A DNA stretch of 40,581 nucleotides from a virus (lineage: Duplodnaviria > Caudoviricetes). The DNA lies in the IMG/VR virus record IMGVR_UViG_3300032737_000030, positions 1-40,581 of that record; one strand, 5' to 3'. Below, piece by piece: positions 8,778-14,675 of the stretch. Made by a program: the position numbers and the translations under genes. Every line of letters starts with the position of its first letter. Within the stretch, counting starts at the first letter, position 1. Under the pieces are notes generated by a model that saw only the letters and a program-made list of their open reading frames with translations, did no database searches and had not been told where the DNA came from.

Positions 8778-9122
8778 TAGGTGCGGACAAGGAGTTCTTT
8801 CTCCAACGTCTTGGATATGGTCACCTTGCAGGTCTTTAATGGATAGAAATGTTGCGGGCACAACCTTCCAAAAGGACTTTCTAGCCTTTGTATACGTCGG
8901 GCATAGCCCCGAATTTTACTATGCCCGAAGTGTTTCCCTTCTACACACACCGCACCTAGGAAATAACTAACCTCTAACCTACCAGCGTATTTTAGGGTCT
9001 TATTACTCCAGGCGTTACCTGGTAGCGACCTTGGACTTGCGACCCTTATATTGAGGTTGGTAACGATCCAACCCTGCATCCACATTTTTGCGTGGCCTTC
9101 AACCCTGGCAGGTTAGAGGTTA
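8778..9122 (-). ncRNA. Two adjacent stem-closed structured non-coding elements (8778-8958 and 8968-9122), family unknown
   Basis: Closing stems of 9 bp and 17 bp (the latter with one G-U on the minus strand) plus several internal hairpins. Confidence 0.4.
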
Positions 9123-9263
9123 GCTAGACCCAGACCTAGACCCAGACCTAGACCCAGACCAAGACCAAGACCAAGACCAAGACCTAGACCTAGACCCAGA
9201 CCTAGACCTAGACCTAGACCAAGACCTAGACCACTCATTAGATTTTAGTTGAGCAAAATTCAT
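9120..9263 (-). CDS. 47-aa Ser-(Arg/Trp/Gly) dipeptide-repeat protein
   Basis: MNFAQLKSNEWSRSWSRSRSRSGSRSRSWSWSWSWSGSRSGSRSGSS; TAA-T-ATG coupling to the upstream gene. Confidence 0.6.
   Translation of the reverse strand: MNFAQLKSNEWSRSWSRSRSRSGSRSRSWSWSWSWSGSRSGSRSGSS
9127..9233. repeat. Tandem hexamer array (GACCHA), 17 full units plus a partial one
   Basis: Units gaccca, gaccta and gaccaa differ at only one position. Confidence 0.95.
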
Positions 9264-9264
9264 A

Positions 9265-9612
9265 TTATTGTTGTTTGGTTGGGAGTTTATGCTTAAAAGG
9301 GAAAGCATCAACAACAGAATCAAGATTGATAAGTGCTTCTCCTACTGGTTCTAGTTCTGCTTCACTTGAAAATCCATTCTTAATGCAATCATTGAATCGT
9401 TTAGAATCTGCTACCCAGGTAGCGTCTTCCATTACTAAGAAATTACCTAAACGCTTTTTAACTTTACCTACCATGTGATAAGTAACGGTACGAAAGAACC
9501 ACTTTTGACCGATAAGGTCATCCAGAGCATCAAGCTCTACTGGTTTATAATCTTCTCCTAATTGGTCTTTAATCTTTTCCAGAGTTTCCTCTGAGATTTC
9601 TATTTTTGGCAT
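9265..9612 (-). CDS. Conserved-looking phage hypothetical protein (possibly DUF6948/Sm-like fold)
   Basis: WFFRTVTYHMVG, ATWVADSKRF and EPVGEALIN; family assignment is from memory only. Confidence 0.6.
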   Translation of the reverse strand: MPKIEISEETLEKIKDQLGEDYKPVELDALDDLIGQKWFFRTVTYHMVGKVKKRLGNFLVMEDATWVADSKRFNDCIKNGFSSEAELEPVGEALINLDSVVDAFPFKHKLPTKQQ

Positions 9613-9656
9613 ATTATTTTCTTAGTTAATTATATTGGCAGGTTAGAGGTTATCAA

Positions 9657-9986
9657 TTACATTATTAAATCCAAATCATCTTTATAAATCTGATACCAGC
9701 CATTAGACGAAACGCCGCCCTCAAAAGTAGATTTTTCTATTATTTTCTCTTTGATTTCTTGTTTTTGTTTGTCTAGAAAGAAAGTATCGTAGCCGTATTG
9801 TTTCCCATGATTCATCCAGTTGCTCACTCCCATCGGGACATTTCCAGCCTGGTAGGCTTCTTCGAGTTTGGTGCGGAGTTTCTTTTTACAATCACAAACA
9901 CCATAATCATTCATTAAGAAGTCGCAACCATTTATATGCCAATCGAGTTCATCTCTAGTAGATAGTGTTGCTTTGGTGTATTTCAT
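9657..9986 (-). CDS. Hypothetical protein, 109 aa (start re-called at MKYTKATL)
   Basis: ATG inside the repeated TATATTAGTATG junction; contains PMGVSNWMNHGKQYGY. Confidence 0.6.
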   Translation of the reverse strand: MKYTKATLSTRDELDWHINGCDFLMNDYGVCDCKKKLRTKLEEAYQAGNVPMGVSNWMNHGKQYGYDTFFLDKQKQEIKEKIIEKSTFEGGVSSNGWYQIYKDDLDLIM

Positions 9987-9999
9987 ACTAATATACTTA

Positions 10000-10179
10000 T
10001 TAAAGTTCTTCTTCTTTTCTATCAAGTGGACTTTCAAACCAAAAGTAACCACAACGCTCACACTTACGAAAAATATCATCCATTAAAATACCAGTTATAG
10101 ATTTTTCTTGATTATACTTAGTAGAAATAGAATTATTTCCACATTTTTTACATTTAATATTTTCATTATAATATTTCAT
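10000..10179 (-). CDS. 59-aa zinc-ribbon protein (not in the ORF track)
   Basis: MKYYNENIKCKKCG...FRKCERCGYFWFESP; two CxxC pairs. Confidence 0.65.
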   Translation of the reverse strand: MKYYNENIKCKKCGNNSISTKYNQEKSITGILMDDIFRKCERCGYFWFESPLDRKEEEL

Positions 10180-10189
10180 ACTAATATAG

Positions 10190-10363
10190 TTATCCGTGGC
10201 TCATTGGTGAATGGCCTTTAATAAAACGATTTACATCATACTCAAACCAGTCTGCGTCCCCATGTTCATCAATTCCAACCGTTTGGCCTGTCATCCAGAC
10301 TTCAAACAACTCCCAGGGGATATTGTTTTTATCTAGTAGTGTTTTTACTTCTTTGGTGGTCAT
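10190..10363 (-). CDS. Hypothetical protein, 57 aa (not in the ORF track)
   Basis: MTTKEVKTLLDKNNIPWELFEVWMTGQTVGIDEHGDADWFEYDVNRFIKG...; start lies in the repeated junction motif. Confidence 0.6.
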   Translation of the reverse strand: MTTKEVKTLLDKNNIPWELFEVWMTGQTVGIDEHGDADWFEYDVNRFIKGHSPMSHG

Positions 10364-10455
10364 ACTAATATAGTTCTTAAAATAAGATAATTTTACACAT
10401 TTGATTACTCCCCACCCCTCCCAAGAAAAGGTTAAAAACTTGGGAACGGTAGTCC

Positions 10456-10662
10456 CTAAAGGGATAGGGAAGAATCAAGTAGGCATGCAAAGCCCCAGTT
10501 CATGTAGACCATGAAGAAAATCATCATCATGTATGCACCGTGTACACATGAACCAACTAAGGCAATCTTAACTATATCGTCGTTACCTTTTCTTACTGAA
10601 AGGAATACCAACGAAAACCATATTAAGAATATAATTGTATTTATAGTTATAAACCAGGTCAT
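10456..10662 (-). CDS. Small membrane protein with two TM segments
   Basis: Two hydrophobic stretches; same orientation as the arm. Confidence 0.5.
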   Translation of the reverse strand: MTWFITINTIIFLIWFSLVFLSVRKGNDDIVKIALVGSCVHGAYMMMIFFMVYMNWGFACLLDSSLSL

Positions 10663-10805
10663 TTCACGGCAGCCTTCAAGTCTGTGGGAAGACCCGAAAG
10701 CTACCAGGAAATGCCGCCGAAGAACCGTTTTAAAGATGGGCTTGTCATTGTACCCCTAAGGGAATGGTCTTACCCAAGACTAACTAATTCCTCAGCAGAC
10801 ATAAA

Positions 10806-10934
10806 TCAAATGGAGAAAAACAGTTTGGACATTATCAGAATGTAAGCAATAAATATTGTGAAAACGAATAGGATAGTTCCAACAAATACTTTCCTCCGTG
10901 ATTTTAATCTACGTTTAAACCACTCACTATACAT
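10806..10934 (-). CDS. 42-aa single-pass membrane peptide (not in the ORF track)
   Basis: MYSEWFKRRLKSRRKVFVGTILFVFTIFIAYILIMSKLFFSI; TAA-T-ATG junction. Confidence 0.55.
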   Translation of the reverse strand: MYSEWFKRRLKSRRKVFVGTILFVFTIFIAYILIMSKLFFSI

Positions 10935-10935
10935 A

Positions 10936-11319
10936 TTATACATCATACTGACTGAAATCATCCACAGTGGGGCTTGGAGCTTCATTAGTTACAGGAGCAT
11001 CTACCTTACCTTCGGAACACCACTTTACCCATAGCTCCATTTCTATTATTTGTTCTGGTGTTAAAGATTTCACACCACCTTCAATGAAAGACTTGGCAAT
11101 AGCGGTACGGGTAATGATCTTCTGTGTATCACCTGCATTCATCTTATCCAGTGAGGCTTCAAACTTCTTTTCTGGTGAGCTGCCGTCACGAATCCACTCC
11201 GGTGGACACTGATCTTGTGTTCCTTTAGGGGTAGGACAAAAGTAACCTTTCCATGCTTTACCTGATGTTTTACTGACCCCTTCACGATAGGTCATCTCGC
11301 CGTGTTTACAATTAGCCAT
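10936..11319 (-). CDS. Zinc-binding, possibly ssDNA-binding or recombination protein
   Basis: CKHGEM..REGVSKTSGKAWKGYFCP...CPP and an acidic/aromatic C-terminal tip (DDFSQYDV); start at 11319 or 11328. Confidence 0.5.
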   Translation of the reverse strand: MANCKHGEMTYREGVSKTSGKAWKGYFCPTPKGTQDQCPPEWIRDGSSPEKKFEASLDKMNAGDTQKIITRTAIAKSFIEGGVKSLTPEQIIEMELWVKWCSEGKVDAPVTNEAPSPTVDDFSQYDV

Positions 11320-11551
11320 AGTTTTCATTTAGTTTATAACAAGTAGGACAACCATCCATTGCTGACATATGACAATCGTGGTCTAGGTCATCCAGGGTGT
11401 CATTATAGATAGCATCATTAACGGTATGGTCTTTAATTAGTGCTTCTGCTGAGAAGATACACTTGACTGCAACCTCAGCGATACTTGTTGAGTTACGGTA
11501 GATTTCTTCTCCCGTAGTGTCGTTTGATACGACTATTTTATATGTGTACAT
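11312..11551 (-). CDS. Hypothetical protein, 79 aa (start re-called at MYTYKIVV)
   Basis: TAA-T-ATG junction; C-terminal HDCH...GCPTC. Confidence 0.6.
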   Translation of the reverse strand: MYTYKIVVSNDTTGEEIYRNSTSIAEVAVKCIFSAEALIKDHTVNDAIYNDTLDDLDHDCHMSAMDGCPTCYKLNENYG

Positions 11552-11552
11552 A

Positions 11553-11654
11553 TTATTTGTACTTTTTATAACCACATCGTGTACATAGTGGTTCTTCTAA
11601 TTTCTTTTCTTCTTCTGTGAGCGTATCCCCACAGTCTTCACAGATCTTTTTCAT
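11553..11654 (-). CDS. 33-aa zinc-finger peptide (not in the ORF track)
   Basis: MKKICEDCGDTLTEEEKKLEEPLCTRCGYKKYK; ATGA overlap upstream and TAA-T-ATG downstream. Confidence 0.6.
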   Translation of the reverse strand: MKKICEDCGDTLTEEEKKLEEPLCTRCGYKKYK

Positions 11655-11848
11655 ATAACCTTTAGATGTTTAAGCTGGCTTAACGCCATTTGTTCACTTA
11701 ATGGACTTAGTAGGTTGTGGATAACTTCCCCAGCAGTGTCTGCATCTAAGTCACACAGCTGATCCCAGTTCACCTTGCCTTCACCATAGCTGTGCTTCTT
11801 GTTTAATATGTCACAGATATAGGCTCTTTGTCTTAGTGTTGCTTTCAT
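11651..11848 (-). CDS. Hypothetical protein, 65 aa (start re-called at MKATLRQRAYI)
   Basis: AT.RQ..YI..L motif; coupled to the downstream gene. Confidence 0.55.
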   Translation of the reverse strand: MKATLRQRAYICDILNKKHSYGEGKVNWDQLCDLDADTAGEVIHNLLSPLSEQMALSQLKHLKVI

Positions 11849-11975
11849 AGGATTTACTCTTGTTATAAACCATTTTGCGATAACAGTTTCTACAACGGTT
11901 CTTTGAATAGTGTTCTTTATCTGCTGCCCCACAGTCCTCACAGACGAACGCTACCTTTATTGTTCGTGTTGGCAT
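11811..11975 (-). CDS. 54-aa zinc-finger protein, first gene of the leftward arm (not in the ORF track)
   Basis: MPTRTIKVAFVCEDCGAADKEHYSKNRCRNCYRKMVYNKSKS...; about 25 nt downstream of the promoter -10. Confidence 0.65.
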   Translation of the reverse strand: MPTRTIKVAFVCEDCGAADKEHYSKNRCRNCYRKMVYNKSKSYESNTKTKSLYL

Positions 11976-12000
11976 AAGATTGTTTAAGTATCATGGTTAT

Positions 12001-12029
12001 ATTATAACTTAACCTACCAACCTTGTCAA
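12001..12029 (-). promoter_or_regulatory. Perfect-consensus sigma70 promoter for the leftward arm
   Basis: Minus strand: TTGACA (12029-12024), 17 nt, TATAAT (12006-12001). Confidence 0.9.
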
Positions 12030-12035
12030 GTAACC

Positions 12036-12044
12036 TGTGGATAA
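12036..12044 (-). promoter_or_regulatory. Perfect DnaA box (TTATCCACA)
   Basis: TGTGGATAA on +, intergenic, 6 nt from the -35 of the leftward promoter. Confidence 0.6.
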
Positions 12045-12079
12045 CCAAAACCCCCTTGGAGGAAATAAGGGGGTTTTGG
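12045..12079. repeat. Perfect 13-bp inverted repeat between the divergent promoters
   Basis: CCAAAACCCCCTT, 9-nt loop, AAGGGGGTTTTGG. Confidence 0.85.
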
Positions 12080-12095
12080 GTATTCATACTGTATT

Positions 12096-12124
12096 TTGAC
12101 ACCAACAAATATAGGTGGTATCAT
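12096..12124 (+). promoter_or_regulatory. Rightward sigma70 promoter
   Basis: TTGACA (12096-12101), 17 nt, TATCAT (12119-12124), with an extended TG. Confidence 0.75.
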
Positions 12125-12148
12125 AAGTGTGCTATTAAACACATATAC

Positions 12149-12307
12149 ATGTTACGACAAAAGCTTAATGAATTCAAGTTACGACGGCCACAACTGTCTT
12201 TTTTTCTTACCTTTTTAGCTTATCTTAGTCTATTTACAGCAGTGTGTCTGATTAACGTGGTACTGAGTGCATTCTTGATGATATATATTTTAATGAAGTA
12301 TCTCTAG
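12149..12307 (+). CDS. 52-aa membrane protein (start re-called at MLRQKLNEF)
   Basis: Basic N-terminus and long hydrophobic C-terminus; follows the rightward promoter. Confidence 0.55.
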   Translation: MLRQKLNEFKLRRPQLSFFLTFLAYLSLFTAVCLINVVLSAFLMIYILMKYL

Positions 12308-12598
12308 TGTTCAGAGCAAACTTTGCACATTAGCGAACGTGTAGTAACGCCTTGCTGGGTGGAACCATGGCACGTAAAACAACATGGTACAGAATCCAGT
12401 CCGACCCGAGCCCTGAGGGATGAATCCAAGGGTGAAGTCGAGAAAGACATCAAGTAAGACTATAATGTACAAATAGTCTTTCCTACAAATAACCAGAATA
12501 GCGCTATTTACTTGAGTAGTCCTGGTTTAGAATTGTCCTTAAAAGGATTTGTTAGCGTAATAGTAACGCTACCACTTCTGAATATCAGAAAGACTTCT

Positions 12599-12853
12599 AT
12601 GTATAACTGTACTAACTGTTTAGAAAACTACTGGACGTTTGAAAATATTGAAGGTTTAACAATAGCTACATGTGAACTATGTGGTTATGAAGTACAACTG
12701 GGAGGAAAGAAAAAGTATAATCATCCACCTAAGCAGGCTGTTTATGAAATGATAGATGGTATAATGCACTTGGATGGATTACCAGCCAAATTAAAGATAA
12801 CTCCTAAATGGGTTAAAGTTATACACTTTCAAAAAGATAAACTAAACATCTAA
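12599..12853 (+). CDS. 84-aa zinc-ribbon protein (start re-called at MYNCTNC)
   Basis: CTNC...CELCGY. Confidence 0.65.
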   Translation: MYNCTNCLENYWTFENIEGLTIATCELCGYEVQLGGKKKYNHPPKQAVYEMIDGIMHLDGLPAKLKITPKWVKVIHFQKDKLNI

Positions 12854-12854
12854 T

Positions 12855-13016
12855 ATGCAAACAATAGCAGCAATACCTGACTTACAGTCAGCAATTAATT
12901 TGGGCGGCGGCGAGGGTGACGCAGTACGTCTTAAGTTAGATCTATACTTATCCCCAGATCAAGTAATAGAACTAATGCAGATGAGGGGAAGGGAGATAAC
13001 TATAACTTTGGAGTAG
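12855..13016 (+). CDS. Hypothetical protein, 53 aa (not in the ORF track)
   Basis: MQTIAAIPDLQSAINLGGGEGDAVRLKLDLYLSPDQVIELMQMRGREITITLE; TAA-T-ATG junction. Confidence 0.6.
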   Translation: MQTIAAIPDLQSAINLGGGEGDAVRLKLDLYLSPDQVIELMQMRGREITITLE

Positions 13017-13057
13017 GATATGCTAAACTTAGGGTAGATAATAGTCTAAACTATTTT

Positions 13058-13390
13058 ATGCCCGGTCAAATAGGTAACAAAGGTGGTGGACGCAAGTCTG
13101 CTTATCAAGAACGTCAGAATGCTACATGGGCATTTGATGTTTGGAATGATCCAACTGTTTACGCTGAACTAAAGAAAAGAATTGACTCAGGTGTTTTTGC
13201 TGCCAAAGACATCTATTTATTTAAGCTAATGAGCGGATCAGAAGCCTTAATGAAAGATCTTGGTAGTAAGATAATGGCAGATCTACATGATCATGCCTTA
13301 GAACTAAAAGAATATGTCATCACAAGGGGAATTACCGAAGCAGATAGTAAGTCTATACAATCCACACCCAATGCAGCAGAAGATAATTGA
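13058..13390 (+). CDS. Putative terminase small subunit
   Basis: N-terminal GQIGNKGGGRKS motif; directly upstream of and overlapping the large subunit. Confidence 0.6.
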   Translation: MPGQIGNKGGGRKSAYQERQNATWAFDVWNDPTVYAELKKRIDSGVFAAKDIYLFKLMSGSEALMKDLGSKIMADLHDHALELKEYVITRGITEADSKSIQSTPNAAEDN

Positions 13391-14633
13391 TTCGAAGGCT
13401 AGGTACAAAATTGTTGTGTGTGGTCGTAGAAGTGGAAAGACGACAATGGCTATCAATGAACTGCTTATGGACGCACTGACGACCAAAGGTGGCCTCTGGT
13501 GGTACGTTGCACCTACCTACACCCAGGCAAAGATGATTGCCTGGCAGATGTTGATGAAACAAGTACGTGATCTACCTAGGGAGTTAGTACACAAGATCAA
13601 TGAATCAGACCTATACGTTGTTATTGGTAATGGTTCAAGGATTGAAATTAAGGGTTCAGACAATGAAGACAGCTTACGTGGTACCGCTTTAGACGGTATC
13701 GTTTTAGATGAGTACGCTGATATAAAACCAAGAGTCTTTGAATCAGTAGTACGTCCCATGCTTGCAGACAGAAAGGGTTGGGCTACATTTATTGGAACAC
13801 CTAAGGGGTTTAATCATTTTTATCACCTTTATAAGAAAGGACAGAACGAAGAAGAAGTAAACTATGAATCATTTAGCTTCCCCACAGTAGCTAATCCTTA
13901 CATTGACCCAGATGAAGTAAAAGAAGCTGGTAGGGAAATGGATGAAGACTTGTTTGCTCAGGAGTTCCTAGGTGAGTTCAGGAAGTTCTCAGGGTTAGTC
14001 TATAAGGAATTTGATAGACACTTACATGTTTGGGAAGATTATCAACCTGAACCAGGTGCTCAGATCTGGAGGGCGATGGACTTTGGTGCTAGAAATCCCA
14101 CAGTCTGCCTGTGGATAAGTGTCGATAACGATGGACAGATCATAGTCTTTGATGAATACTTCGAGACTGAAAAGACCTTAGAGTACCACACAGGTATCAT
14201 AGTTAACCGTCATACTGAATTAGTAGTACAGAATACATTTGGTGATCCATCAGGTGCACAGGAGATGTTAGACTACGCACAGCACGGTTTATACATCACA
14301 CCTGCCTTAAGGGACGTAGCTAAAGGTGAATCTTGGGTAGCCTCAGGTATTCATAAGATACAAGGTCTGCTTAAAAAAGATCCGGGTTGGCACAACCTCC
14401 CTAAGCTTTATATAACCAAGAACTGTAAGAATTTAATCAATGAATTCGAACATTATCATTGGGCTGAACTGCCTAAACGTGAGGATGTTCCGCTTAAAGA
14501 TCAACCAGTTAAGGTAGATGATCATGGTTTAGACGCATTACGTTGCTTTGTTGTCAGTTATCATGCTACAATGAATACAACAAAACGAAGACAAACAATC
14601 CAGATTGAACGTAGTTCAGTAACTGGCTATTAA
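13314..14633 (+). CDS. terL: Terminase large subunit
   Basis: Walker A CGRRSGKT, Walker B GIVLDE, coupling motif GTPKG, nuclease motifs AMDFG and DDHGLDALR. Confidence 0.97.
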   Translation: MSSQGELPKQIVSLYNPHPMQQKIIDSKARYKIVVCGRRSGKTTMAINELLMDALTTKGGLWWYVAPTYTQAKMIAWQMLMKQVRDLPRELVHKINESDLYVVIGNGSRIEIKGSDNEDSLRGTALDGIVLDEYADIKPRVFESVVRPMLADRKGWATFIGTPKGFNHFYHLYKKGQNEEEVNYESFSFPTVANPYIDPDEVKEAGREMDEDLFAQEFLGEFRKFSGLVYKEFDRHLHVWEDYQPEPGAQIWRAMDFGARNPTVCLWISVDNDGQIIVFDEYFETEKTLEYHTGIIVNRHTELVVQNTFGDPSGAQEMLDYAQHGLYITPALRDVAKGESWVASGIHKIQGLLKKDPGWHNLPKLYITKNCKNLINEFEHYHWAELPKREDVPLKDQPVKVDDHGLDALRCFVVSYHATMNTTKRRQTIQIERSSVTGY

Positions 14634-14656
14634 CTTCCGAAACTATAGTAGGGAAG
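14632..14656 (+). promoter_or_regulatory. Late-gene motif AACTTCC-N6-ATAGTARGGAAG, copy 1
   Basis: Recurs at 18324-18348 and 35331-35355. Confidence 0.65.
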
Positions 14657-14675
14657 ATACTTAATCTTTTTTACT

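Noticed and set aside
8777-9085. 102-aa minus-strand ORF
   Set aside because: Non-ATG start, atypical composition, and it coincides with strongly base-paired elements; more likely non-coding.
9127-9233. CRISPR array or iteron origin
   Set aside because: Contiguous 6-nt units with no spacers and no cas or rep gene nearby; the array reads as an in-frame coupled ORF.
11938-11994. Leaderless 18-aa ORF starting at the predicted leftward transcription start
   Set aside because: The ATG position fits +1, but the peptide is featureless and overlaps a better zinc-finger ORF; cannot be supported from sequence alone.
6913-12598. tRNA genes or a hammerhead ribozyme among the hairpin regions
   Set aside because: I could not find a cloverleaf with a T-loop GTTC motif or an intact CUGANGA/GAAA core by eye; a tRNAscan/Infernal run is still needed.
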